Shown here: piece by piece, positions 13,303 to 25,468 of the stretch
How positions within the stretch are numbered: position 1 is the first letter of the stretch
Layout of the letters: each line of letters starts with the position of its first letter
Source of the DNA: Octopus sinensis
Lineage: Eukaryota
Direction: 5' to 3'
Length of the DNA stretch: 64,000 nt
NCBI RefSeq assembly: GCF_006345805.1
Contig: NC_043006.1
Coordinates: 2,604,001-2,668,000 of the forward strand
Translations under genes and position numbers: made by a program
Notes under the pieces: model-generated
What the model saw: the letters and a program-made list of their open reading frames with translations, nothing else
Databases searched by the model: none
What the model was told of the DNA's origin: nothing

Positions 13303-13949
13303 TAGCAAGAAAGATGCAGTATCATAAATTTGTGAATGCTGATAAGATCTAAGGTCTGGGAAGTAAGTGAATATTGAGCATCAGTAATCCGACTAGCAGT
13401 AGGATTATTAGGAGGGATACAAGAGAGAACATGTTAATCACTGCAATCTCCAACCATAAAACATAGAAGAAAATACTCAATGAAACATTTGCAATCATTA
13501 ACATTCCCTTCTAAAGGTATCAGAGACAAGACTGCTGTTGTTCTCTTGGTAATTTTTGTTGTATTTTTTTTTTGTTGTTGTTATTTTCCTGTTCTTGATG
13601 ATTCAAATTTAGACAGAGCTTTGATTAATAGCTATTTGATTTTTTTTCATTTTTTCTCTATGGCTATTTTTCAGAAAATAGGATATTTTAATAATTATCG
13701 TTATGTATTCATTTGCACCCAAATAAAGCAAAGAATATTCTTTCTTTTTTCTTTTTTTTTTTTTTCTTGCATCCAGTTTGATTGACTCTGAAAAAGTCAA
13801 TGTGGTTATAGAATTCAATCCAGCAGTAAAACTATTTTACCACAGCAAATATGAATGGATATCTCTAATTATATACTATTCTAAGATTATTTTAGTTGAA
13901 GTTATGCATTTGTGTGTGTGTGTGTGTGTGTGCAGTTAAAATAGTTTTA

Positions 13950-14350
13950 AGCATGGCTGTGTGGTAAGAAGCTCACTTCCCAACCACACAGTTCTGGGTT
14001 CAGTTCCACTGTGTGGCACCTTGGGCAGGTGTCTTCTACTATAGGTTCGGGTTGACCAAAGCCTTGTGAGTGGATTTGGTAGACGGAAACTGGAAGAAGC
14101 CCATCGTATATATATATGTATAAATATGTATGTATGTGTATGTTTGTGTGTCTGTGTTTGTCCCCCAACATCGCTTGACAACCGATGCTAGTGTGTTTAC
14201 GTCCCCGTAACTTAGCGGTTCAGCAAGAGAGACCCGATAGAATAAGTACTAGGCTTAGAAAGAATAAGTCCTGGGGTCGATTTGTTCGACTGAAGGCGGT
14301 GCTCCAGCATGGCCACAGTCAAATGACAGAAACAAAATGAAAGAGTGAAA
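13950..14350 (+). mobile_element. Full-length SINE family A
   Basis: tRNA-like head, GGCACCTTGGGCAGGTGTCTTCTACTATAG core, internal TA/TG microsatellite, tail GGCGGTGCTCCAGCATGGCCACAGTCAAATGAC. Confidence 0.9.
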
Positions 14351-14445
14351 GAATATGTAAAGTAACTGGACCACAGATGTGTTTTAAACTTCACTCAGCT
14401 GTTGAACATTCTTGCATTGCCATTTTTCCTTCTTCAATTTTGCAG

Positions 14446-14494
14446 AAAGGAAATTCCTCATCTGTTTTTCTTATAAATATGGTGTTGGTTGTGT
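14446..14494 (+). CDS. Candidate small internal exon (49 nt)
   Basis: Strong acceptor catttttccttcttcaattttgcag and GT|gtgagt donor. Two frames are open (KGNSSSVFLINMVLVV or RKFLICFSYKYGVGC). Confidence 0.3.
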
Positions 14495-15044
14495 GTGAGT
14501 GTTTTTCTTAGTTGTGAAGGAGAATCCAATTGAAGTCTTCAACTGCCCAGAGGTAGAATGTCTAGCCATTTTGTTTCTCTTGAAAATGTTCTACTTTGAG
14601 TATTTAACAAACATCTGTTTAGCCTGATAGGGAGCTATAAGAAGAAGAAGAAAAAAAAAAAAAGAAAAGTGGAAACTAAAGAAAAAATAAATAGATAATA
14701 AAGAGAAGATCAGAATTATACAATTATTCTGGCCAATCCACTCTCAGGCTGTTTGAAGGAGATTTCTTTAAGATCCTTCCTTTCAACCAGGAAACGAAGT
14801 TATACATTTCGAATGACTTATTTGCCGGGGAAACCTGTTAGTTTTGTCTTTCTTTTGAAAGTTTGCCAAATGAATATCATGGTGATGTGATTCTGTACAT
14901 TTTTTTGACTCTTATTATTTAATGATTATTGAGTCTGAAGAATATCTTAAATCCAGTAATTCCGGCAAAGGGGACTTTTTTTTTTACACTTGAATATTAC
15001 TTATATAGAATATTTACTGTATTATGGAAAATGAAGGAAATAAA

Positions 15045-15470
15045 TTCACATCATTGTTATCATCAACACTGCTGCTGCTGCTGCTACTGCCACTACTTCC
15101 TTTGTTGCTGCTGTTGTTGTTGTTAAGCAATAAGACGGGCAAGGGGGATTAGGTGATGGTCTAGGGCTTAGGGGCGAAAGACCCCAGACCTTGGAAAAAG
15201 AAAAAAACTTTGGTTGTCTTGTTGTAGTCGAGGGCTCTTCGTTGACGCCCGACACCACTGGGAGGTGGCCCTGGAAGTCACTGGAAATGGAGATCTCCAG
15301 GTCCAAATTCTTGAACGGCTGCTGCTGCTGTTGTCACCACTACTGCTACTGCTGCCACCACCTCTGCCATTGTTACTACTCTCACCACTGGTGACACTGC
15401 TTCTGTTACCACTGCTTCTGTTGCCACTTCTGTCATCTCTACTGCTGCTGCTGCTACTGCCGTGGCCATT
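15045..15470. repeat. Degenerate trinucleotide repeats (CTG/CTA/TTG/CAT) surrounding a GC-rich unique insert (~15125-15315)
   Basis: Direct inspection; explains the poly-L, poly-S and poly-C pseudo-ORFs. Confidence 0.85.
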
Positions 15471-17169
15471 TTTCATGAGTTCTAATGGTCAAAGACATGG
15501 CAGGGGACCACATCTAGCTCATATGCTTTTTTTTAGCAGATTTCTACTGGGTGCCCTGACTAACACGAAGCCCTTCACAGAATGCACTGGGTGCAGTGTA
15601 TCATGGCACCAACAGCAGAGAGGTTGTCACACCTTCGACAAGACAATGCAAACCAGTCCACTCAGCTCGCTGTTGTCTCTGCTCATTTGCTAATCACTTT
15701 ACCAGGTGTCGTTGGTGTGTTTTGTCATGGCACCAGCATTGCAAGACAGAGGAGATCCTCATCACTGTATGCGACCAACAGAGGCTGGTAGGGCAGAGGA
15801 TGACTGCAGAAGAGGAACCAGTGTGGGGTAGGGAGAAGGAGGGAGAAAAAGTGAGGAAGAGGAAGTGAGAAGTGTGTGACTGTGCTAGGGGAGATGAAGA
15901 GGGACAGTGGTAGTAGGGAGAAAGTAGAGGGTGATGAATAACAGTAATTTTAGAGGGGAATTGGGGGTGAGAGAGAAAGGGAGCAAGTGATGGATAGTCA
16001 TAGAAATAATGGTTGGTGTCAGAGAGAGGAGAGTGGTGGCCCTTAATAAAATGGCAAAGTGAAGCAGCTGAGGGATGTCAATAAAAGGGGAAAAGCGGTA
16101 GTGCTGAATCATCATCATCATCATCATCATTGTCATTGCCATTGCCATCATTACCATCATCGTTGTCATCATTGCTTTTGTTATTGTCATCATCATAGCT
16201 ACCATCACTACCATTACTGTTTTGTGTCTATCTTCCAGGGTAGACTGGGTGCATTTCGTTGTGCCGAAACGCTATAGCAGTTGCCCCATTTGTAGAATAC
16301 TGCAGAGTCCTCTTTGCACTCTATTAGCTCTTATTTGTGGCTCTCTAGTCTACTAGACAAGTTACCTGCTCACGGAGCACAGTCTGCATCTCACCTGTAT
16401 GTGCAGGGTTTATTAGTTCACATACAGACTGAAGAACAAAAGATCATAGTAACTGCAGCATCCCCGGACTAGATAAATTGATGCAGTTTATGATTTTATA
16501 GAATTTCAAACTATTTTCATGTTTTTACATAACATATTTTAGTGTTCACTAATTTCATCCACCTATGGCCTGTGTAAAGCATTTTGACTTGTATCTCAGA
16601 CACAAAATCCCTTGGGAGCCTTATTGGCACTGTTTGCTAATTTGTATCTACATTATGGATGGTTGACTGTATGTATATATACCTATGTATGTATGTATGT
16701 ATGTATGTATGTATGTATGTGTATGTGTGTATGTACATGTGTGTGTATGTGTGCATGTGAGTGTATGTGTGTTTGTGCACGTGCGTACGTGTGTATGTAC
16801 ATACCTCAATATGATTGGCTGGCTGGATGGATGGATGGGTGGATAGGTAGGTGAGTTGATGAATGTATGGCTGTTCTGTAGCATATATTTGTTCAACTTA
16901 GTCGTTTTAATCTGCTAATGTTTGGTGCTTCTGTTTCTACTCTTAATGTAATGTCAATTGGTATTATATTAGAAAACAAATCAGTGTTCAATTGCATCTC
17001 ATTTGAAAAATATATTTATTGGAAAAGCATTAATATAATTATTCTATTGAGGAATTTTTAATTTAGCAGTCGTTGGGTATTATCTATATGACAATGCAAG
17101 TGACTAGCTTGAGCCCAACTTTGCCCTTTGCCAGATGTTTTCTACATTTCAGTGACTATACTTGGTATT

Positions 17170-17390
17170 AGTGCCACATAATCAGTGTCTCTGATTGCTG
17201 GTGCCACATAAAAAGCATCTGTCACACTCTGTAAAGTGGTTGGTGTTAGGAAGGGCATCCTGTTGTAGAAACCATGCCAGAACCGACAACTGGAGCCTGG
17301 TGTGACCCCTGGCATTACCAGCTCCTGTCAAACCATGCAACCCATGCCAGCATGAAAAATGAACATTAGATGATGATGATGATAATGATG
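17170..17390 (+). mobile_element. RTE 3'-end copy with (GAT)n tail
   Basis: GGTGCCACATAAAAAGCA...AGGAAGGGCATCC...CCATGCCAGCATGAAAAATGAACATTAGATGATGATGAT. Confidence 0.85.
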
Positions 17391-17900
17391 ATACTTGGCA
17401 GACCTGCTGCTTTCCTCATTTTGATATCCTTAAAGGCTGTCTGGACCATACAACTGTCCACTTCAATAGCTGGTCCCTCTGTTGGATATTCTCGGGGTAG
17501 TTTCTTTTTTCTCCCACTCATTTTCCACATTTAGCAGCCTCTTCTAATAACTTCTCCAAGCTTCCTTCTTTTCAGTAACAGTGAGGATAGGTGCACTGTT
17601 GTCACTTTGAATGCACTTTTTTTCCTAACAACATCTTTTGAAGTTTGTGTTATAGATGGTTAGTTCATTTGTGTTTCAGAACCCCAGAAGCTTTGATCCC
17701 TCCTCATCCTTGGAACTGTATTCATAGTCACTGTGTACTCTGAAGTATCTATCATGGTATTGCCCAACATTTCCATTGAAGTCCCTAGCTAAGATAATGA
17801 TGTGACTGTCATTTGTTTTTGAGGTAACTTGCAATAGGTCAAGCAACCATATAGAGAAGGTATGAGTAAACTGTGGCCCACAAGACTTTCTGAATGACAT
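17391..17900 (-). pseudogene. Degenerate RTE LINE ORF fragments (endonuclease and linker)
   Basis: Minus-strand peptides IIILARDFNGNVG...EEGSKLLGF and YPTEGPAIEVDS, homologous to NVDPTEGPAIRVDS in the 32321..32824 ORF. Confidence 0.75.
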
Positions 17901-19094
17901 GCCTAACAAAAAATTACCTTGTGACCTCTCATGATAAGTTATGTCTCATGCAGTCCACTTCTCAAAAAAAAGGTTGCCCATGCTTGTTATAAAGGTTCTC
18001 TCCATTGGTTTGGTTTCTCTTAGATGATGCCAAGCACTGAAGCCAAGAAAAATTTGGGAGTTTTTCTGGGTTGTTTTTCCATCAGAGGTAAAGGAGTAGC
18101 AAAAAATCCTTTGGAAGTCCTGTGCAGAGTGCTCAGCCATTTGTACATTACTTTGAAGAACTGGCTGTTTCATAGATTGAGTCAGTTGGGACACTTGTCT
18201 TCATAACTGATGGAGTGCCAATTACGAAGAAATAGTTTAGCCTTTAGGATAGAGTTTTGGTAATATTATGTAAGAATAAAATAGACCTAAAAGAGACTAA
18301 TCCTATGTTGTCTAATTCCATTATTAATAGATATATAAGCAATGACAATAACGAGAATGGTATTTACTGGGTGACATGAAATTCCAAAAAAGAAGAAAAC
18401 TTCAAAGAAGCCACAATTGTAATAATCATGAATGACATTTGGCATATTCCAAGACAGAATGTGATTAAATTTCCTGTCAGGTTTTTAAGAGGAATTAATG
18501 GTATATTATCAGTAAATCAACAACTGAAGAAATGATTCATTCATTTGTGAAATTAGTGACTGAAAATGATGAATGATTTCACATCAGTAGTTATCCTGAT
18601 AGCTTGACATTATGATAAACGAGGGTTATGCAAACCTGCTGCTTTTGATTAAAATTTCAGTGTAAAGAATGCAGCATTTCTCCAGCTCATGTATCTGATT
18701 CCAACTGTAGTTTTTGTCACCTTGAAAACATTCTTCATAAGTTTTAGGATTAATTTGTTATTGGAAAGATTTTATTTATTTGAAAACAGTTTCTTTTTTT
18801 CTTGTGTGATCCGCATCGAATCTATCTGAATTCATGTTGAGGTTGGCATTTCAGTTAATTTGTTTGGTCTGTGTAAGGTGTCTTGTCTCGACACTGGTGA
18901 CATAAGTCTTTCGGTCTTACTTTCTTGATATATTGATAAATGGAAACAATAATGTCTTTGTTTTCCAAGCAAAAGTTATCTAACAGTAATGAGGTGAACT
19001 TAATATAAAACTTTGAAACAACAAGAAAAATTATACAATATCATGAATTTCATAAGTTTTGCAACAACGAGGAAGCTGGAATTTATCAAGTATT

Positions 19095-19340
19095 TTCTTT
19101 TCTTTTTACTTTTACTTGTTTCCGTCGTTTGACTGCTGCCATGCTGTGGTACCAACTTGAAGAATTTTTAGTCAAACAAATCGACCCTGGTACTTAAATT
19201 TTTTTTTCTCTTTTTTTAAGCCTGGTGCTTATCCTCTTGGTCTCTTTTGCCGAACTGCTAAGTTAAAGGGATGTAAACACACCAGTACCAGATGTCAAGC
19301 AGGGGTGGGGGACAAACACAAACACAAAGCCACATACACA
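19095..19340 (-). mobile_element. SINE family A, 3' half
   Basis: Reverse complement of the family A tail (TTACTTGTTTCCGTCGTTTGACTGCTGCCATGCTG...GCCGAACTGCTAAGTTA). Confidence 0.8.
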
Positions 19341-19376
19341 CATAGAACATATATTTTTGTTTATTTCACTCTGCAG

Positions 19377-19410
19377 TGACCATTGGTCATGGGTCAGTCA
19401 TTGGTCTGCT
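19377..19410 (+). CDS. Candidate micro-exon (34 nt; DHWSWVSHWSA or TIGHGSVIGL)
   Basis: ttttgtttatttcactctgcag acceptor and GCT|gtaaga donor. The DHW frame ends in phase 0, compatible with the exon at 25370. Confidence 0.35.
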
Positions 19411-19465
19411 GTAAGAAGTATCATTGGTGTTTCAGTTTCTTGCTGTTGCTTATATATATCCTTTG

Positions 19466-19500
<35 letters not shown>

Positions 19501-20220
19501 TGCACACACGCAGCTGACAAATTGCAGTCTGTTTTGTTCTCAAGTTAAACTCATCAGAGTATCAGTTGAATACTCATAGTCATAGAGGCAAAATAAAAAT
19601 TTAAAAAAAGAACGATGCAAAGAAACAAATGGGTGGAGAAAAGGGTGTTAATAAAAAGCAGTTAAGTCCTATTTATGGATAAAGGCAAACAATGATTAGT
19701 AGAGGAAATTTTGAAAATAAACAATAGATTTAATTGGTCGTCAGAGAAGGAAGTGACTTATAGCAGCCAATTTTGAAATAAACAGTTATGACGATAGGAA
19801 TTGTATGAGTTAATTTGAGAAAACTAGGGATGGGATTTTAGTTGTGTAAAATTATGAAGAGACTAAGGCTTAGGGAAAAGAGTTCAAGATTTGTTAATGT
19901 AATTGAGAAGGCATTTATAAATATAACGATGCAAAATTAATAAATAGGTGGTTATCTAACATGGTTTGTAGTTGGTCATATAAAATAACTGAGTTTAAGT
20001 TAAACTCTGTGTAAAGAAGATTAGATTTCAGTTAAATGGTTTGTCTAGTAGAAAAGAATGTTTAAACGGGAAGAAATACCTTAAGCTAATTTAATAGATG
20101 AGGGAACTTGAAGTTGTTGGCTTTTACAGGGGCCAAATACTGTTAAACTTTGAATGTTTAGATTATGAGAGCGAAAGAATTATGAAAGGTAATTAACACT
20201 GCAGTAGCTTAACGTAATAG

Positions 20221-20990
20221 GAGGAGCTGTGTGGTAAGTTACTTGATTACCAACCACATGGCACCTTGGGAAAGTGTCTTCTACTATAGCCTTGGGCCAA
20301 CCAAAGCCTTGTGAGTGGATTTGATAGACAGAAACTAAAAGAAGCCTGTCGTATATATATCTATATATATATATATCAGTATGTGTGTGTGTGTATATGT
20401 GTGTGTGTATATGTTTGTGTGTCTGTGTTTGTCCCCCCAACATTGCTTGACAACTGATGCTGGTGTGTTTACGTCCCCGTAACTTAGTGGTTCGGCAAAA
20501 TAGTCCGATAGAATAAGTACTAGGCTTACAAAGAATACATCCTGGGGTCAATTTGCTTGACTAAAGGCGGTGCTCCAGCATGGCTGCAGTCAAATGACTG
20601 AAACAAGTAAGAGAGTAAAGAGTATATATGTCATCATTGTCATCCTTTAATGACCCTTTTCCATGCTGGCATGGGTTGGACGGTTTGACCAGGGCTGGCA
20701 AGCTGGAGAGCTGCACCAGGTTCCAGTCTGATTTGGCTTGGTTTCTACAGCTGGATGCCTTTCCTAACATGCCAACCACTTTACAGAGTGTGCTGGGTGC
20801 TTTTATGTGGCACTGCATGCTTCTATGTAGCACCAGCATGAGGGCTTTTTTATGTGGCACCGGCAGAGGGCTCTTGTGAGCTAATCCTCTTCACCAAGGG
20901 AGACGGCCTTAACACTTCTGCTGTGAAACACAGGTCTTCTTAAGTGCAGCAAGGTACCAGGCATCTTGGTCCTTTGTCATCTCATCTGAT
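20221..20990. mobile_element. Full SINE family A (+, 20221-20622) abutting an RTE 3'-end copy (-, 20628-20990)
   Basis: Both match the consensus segments seen elsewhere in the window. Confidence 0.85.
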
Positions 20991-21508
20991 CTGGGTAATA
21001 AGCTTAAAAATGTGCATTTAAAAGCTCCTATATAGTTATTGGTTACCATATGCCATCATACAGCAGGGTTACTCCATTTACTGGATATATATGTGGAATT
21101 CCATTAGTGTATACAGAGTTTATAGAGAAATTCATACAAGAAAATGGAGTGAACAGGCTTTAATTACAAAACACAACAATTGTTTCTGTGCAGTAGTAAC
21201 AGCTGTAAGTTGCTGAGTTTTGTTTACCATACTGTTACATAACATATTTTAAAAATTATTCCATAAATAAATATGTTCCAGCAGCCACCGTGTACCAGCA
21301 CATCATCAGGTGATGGCTTTGATAGCACTGCTGGATCACACTGTGTCATACAGCTTCTGCCTGACGATTACTTCAAGCCTATACATGACTATGGAATACT
21401 CGACCACTTACTAACTGAACAGCTGAAAACTCCTCGTTGGCAATTCTGTCCAAGATCCATATATATTATATATACACACACATGCATGCACGCGCGCACT
21501 CTCACACA

Positions 21509-21555
<47 letters not shown>

Positions 21556-21799
21556 GCATGAATGTGACTAGGAACATTGCTTCCCTACCACATGGCTTAA
21601 GGTTCAATCTCACTGTGCAGTATCATGGGCAGGTGTTTTTTACTTTAATTCTGGACCAATCAAAGCATTTGAGCAGATATGGTAGACAGAAACTTAAAGA
21701 AGCCTGTGATGTGTGTGCGTGTGCGTGTGTGTGTGTGTGTGTGTATGCACATGTATATGTATGTACAATCGAGCATATACACTGACATTGTGCACCCAG

Positions 21800-22220
21800 T
21801 GCAACATGCAGCCTTAATCACTTTCTTGTCTTTGCATGTCTTGCTTTTACAACCTGCATCTCACAACCATATCACATTGTTGTTTGTATACGAGCGTCAT
21901 AAAATCTGTTTTGCACTCTGAGGGAGAAGAGCCAACAGAAGTAATAGCTCTTTGAATACTTTGAGAACATCCACTGCCATTACCAATTAGGTCACCTAGG
22001 TAACAGGTGACTACCTCTAAGGAACCTCCTCCTGCGCAATTCAGAGAATCTGTTTCCTGTGTGTTTAAGTGTTTCTTGTTCTTAAACATCTGCTTCATAC
22101 GAAAGTCTACTTTCTGTGTTACCTATCCTGTGAATCCACTGCACATCTTATGTGTTCCCAGTTTGCATTGGGTACACCATATGGGATTTCTACAGACACC
22201 TTTTCCTACATATTGAGTTG
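21800..22220 (-). pseudogene. Degenerate RTE RT C-terminal fragment
   Basis: Minus-strand ...LEVVTCYLGDLIGNGSGCSQS... is homologous to the YLGDQVSSGGGCAES segment of the younger RTE. A remnant of the CxxC...HxxC finger is present near 22140-22190. Confidence 0.7.
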
Positions 22221-22353
22221 GGCAGTTTTCTTAAAGTTATAAAGTCCTGTCTGCTTTTCCGCTTACTAGAGCATTGGTCTTTGTTCAGTTGACTTTAAAG
22301 CTCTTTGATTCCAGCTTCTGCTTCTACACCTGGAATATCTTTTCGTGTATGTG

Positions 22354-22388
<35 letters not shown>

Positions 22389-22469
22389 TTGATGGGTGCA
22401 TGTGTATATATATGTATGCGTGTGTATATATATATTTATTTATTTGTGTGTGTGTGTGTGTGTGTGTAT

Positions 22470-22725
22470 ATATCATCATCATCATCATCATCATCGTTTA
22501 ATGTCTGTTCTCCATGCTAGCATGGGTTGGACGGTTCGACCGGGGTCTGGTAAGCCATGGAGGCTGCACCGGGCTCCAGTCTGATTTGGCAGTGTTTCTA
22601 CAGCTGGATGCCCTTCCTAATGCCAACCACTCCATGAGTGTAGTGGGTGATTTTTACGTGCCACCGGCACAGGGGCCAGCGCAGGCTGGCAAACGGCCAC
22701 TATCGGTTGGTGCTTTTACGTGTCA
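22470..22725 (-). mobile_element. RTE 3'-end copy
   Basis: (ATC)n-GTTTAATGTCTG...CCATGCTAGCATGGGTTGGACGG...CTACAGCTGGATGCCCTTCCTAATGCCAACCAC. Confidence 0.9.
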
Positions 22726-24603
22726 GGAAATTAATGAAATGACAAGGGCACAAGAATTGAGTGCTGAGTGCTTTGACATCACCTTATACCTTCCTCAGAG
22801 CTTCTAAAATATAGAAGCTGCAAGGTCATACACAAGCACTCAGCTCTGAGTGCACAGCATCTTGTAGCAGAAACAGCTGTTAGCTAATGAAGTTGAATTC
22901 ATAATTCCCACTCCCTTGTCATTTCGTTAATTCCATATTGTGCCCTTTACTTGCCTAATGCTTTATTCTGAAGCATATCTGTATTGAGTTCTAACAGCAG
23001 GTTATTCATATCACCATGCCTCAGCAAAACAGTAATATACACATCACTTATTCATATCCCTCTTTTCTAACTGTCATACGACATATTTGATGGTGAAAGG
23101 CTTTTGTGTGACCTTCACATGAGTGTAAAAAAAGGGAACATCGACTGATCATTTTGTACGTTAATGGATAGCATTCTGAGCTACTTTCCTACTTTAAAAA
23201 CAAACTGGTTTTATTTAAACAGTCAGAATAGACATAATTCATGACACAACTCCAGACACTTTACACTTTTGAAAATCCCATGTGAAACTGGTCAAGTGTA
23301 TTCCTGCTTTAAAATAGGATTAAATTTTAATTAATCCTAATCTATTTCCTCTGCATTTTCAACTTAATTTCTTCTATCTCTCCACTCGTTTAGATTGCTA
23401 ACGATTTATGTGGATATTAAATGATGATGATTTTGTTTTCTCTCTCAGTTTTTTCTTTCTTTCTCCATTTTTTTTTTTCCCTCCCATCTCTTTTTGTCGA
23501 AGAACATTGGCTCGAAACATCAAAGGTGTTTCCATTCTTCCCTAGCATCAAACCAATACACCTGCTTATTCCCTCACCTGTTTTTATCTTTTTGTCTAAC
23601 TCTCAATCCTACATCACCTTACATATAAAGCTTAATGTTTTCAGGTCTGATATTCACTGTAACTTCCCATGTTTTCTGCGACCCACCTCATCTAAAGTGT
23701 TTACTTCATCTCATGGAAAAAAGGTGACCTATACTCCTTTAATTTATATATATGAGTATAGTCCTCTTATCTCAAACTGTTGATACCCTCTCACTTTCCC
23801 GTTAAGTTGATATTGCATATTTAGCGGATAGTAGTACTCAACATGTGCCTTTCTGCTTGATATAGATTATCTGAAAATACTCCTGGTACTCTCTTTGCAT
23901 GACAGTGCATTTCTTCCATCTACCTCGTATTATTTGCCTTTTGCACTGAAAGTCTATTCAAAAGGCTTTTAATATCCTTTTGCATTTCTTCTTGAAATCA
24001 AGCGTACAACTTGTACTATCATGTGAGTAGCTAATTAATGGAATTCGGTTATTGTCCCCCACCTCCCTTTTAAGTTATGTGTTAAAAACTATTCCTGATT
24101 TTTTTTTTCCTCTGAAGGAAGTAGGATATATTAACTATAGCGTCTCAGAATTTTAATGAGTGTCATTATAGTCATTATCAGATAGCATGTGTCAGTCACT
24201 TAATTAATAACCTCTTCTTTGTTTCTTTTTCATGCCCATTTCCAGAGTTGTAAATGAGAAGTCTGACCATAATGGGTAGGGTAGGGGGGTGTCAAAGTGG
24301 AAACAAAATGGTATAACTGTGGTTAATTTCCTATCTGGATGCACTCCCAGTCCCAGGAAACTGAGGCTTTGACCGTAAATAAAATACTAAAAAAACCTAA
24401 ACAATTAAACAATAAGAATTAGGTGAGTCATGGTGTTCTTATCTAAATTACTATCACACTTAATATGTTTTTACATTCATACTTGTGTTGTTTCAATGAT
24501 TGTGTAAATTCAAATATTTGCATGTATTCTTGAATGCCTTAATAACACTCAGCTGCAAAATGGTGCTGGCCTGTTTTCAGAAATTTACACAGAGGCAGGA
24601 TCA

Positions 24604-24639
<36 letters not shown>

Positions 24640-24642
<3 letters not shown>

Positions 24643-24930
24643 TCATCATCATCATCATCATCATCGTTTAGCGTCCGCTTTCCATGCTGGCATGGGTTGG
24701 ACGGTTCAACTGGGGTCTGGGAAGCCAGAAGGCTGCACCAGGCCCAGTCTGATCTGGCAGTGTTTCTACGGCTGGATGCCCTTCTTAATGCCAACCACTT
24801 TGTGAGTGTAATGGGTGCTTTTTACGTGACACCTGCACAGGTGCCAGACGAGGCTGGCAACGGCCACAATCGGATGGTGCATTTTACGTGCCACCAGCAC
24901 GGAGGCCAGTCGGGGTGGCACTGGCAATGG
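24640..24930 (-). mobile_element. RTE 3'-end copy inserted in (TA)n
   Basis: Same consensus as 22470 and 30231, flanked by TA repeats on both sides. Confidence 0.9.
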
Positions 24931-25102
24931 CCAATATATATATATATATATATGGGTTTAGCTTAGTTTGTAAATACAATATACAGTCTATCAATTTTAT
25001 TGTTTTATTATCACACCTCTCTACTATAAATACATAACTGATTTCCAAAGAAAACTGGTAGCAAGAGTTACATTTTCTATTATTGCTATCAGTAATATGG
25101 CA

Positions 25103-25315
25103 GTGAGTTGGCAGAATCGTTAGTATGCTGAGCAAAATGCTTAGCAGCATTTCAACCATCTTTACATTTTGAATTCAGATTCCACTAAGGTCAACTTTGC
25201 CTTTCATCCTTTCAGGGTCAATGAAATAAAGTACTAGTTGAGCACTGGTGTCAATGTAATTGACTTACCCCCTCCCCCAAATTTCAGGCCTTGTGCCTAA
25301 AGTAGAAAGGATTAT
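25103..25315 (+). mobile_element. SINE family B
   Basis: GGCAGTGAGTTGGCAGAATCGTTAG head through the TTTCAGGCCTTGTGCC tail. Confidence 0.85.
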
Positions 25316-25369
25316 TACTATTAGTAATAAAACAGTTACTATTACTACTAATTTCTATACTTTTTTCAG

Positions 25370-25468
25370 AAAGAGTTGTTTACAATTGATTTGTCACATC
25401 CAGTGATATTTATAAGTGAAGGCAAAATCATTGGAGAAAACTTTGAAATTGATATGCTTTTCCCTAAA
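25370..25468 (+). CDS. Candidate internal exon, 99 nt, phase 0-0 (KELFTIDLSHPVIFISEGKIIGENFEIDMLFPK), unidentified protein
   Basis: atttctatacttttttcag acceptor, AAA|gtaatc donor, exactly 33 codons with a protein-like composition. Confidence 0.55.

Noticed and set aside
14748-14837. Protein-like frame LFEGDFFKILPFNQETKLYISNDLFAGET as an exon
   Set aside because: The acceptor has a poor pyrimidine tract, the donor (gttagt) is modest, and it cannot be linked confidently to neighbouring candidates.
25370-25468. Resemblance of DLSHPVIFISEGKII to the BBS9 segment DLRDPVLQVEVGKFV
   Set aside because: It is a short pattern match from memory only. BBS9 is more conserved than this and the other candidate exons do not fit, so no gene symbol was assigned.
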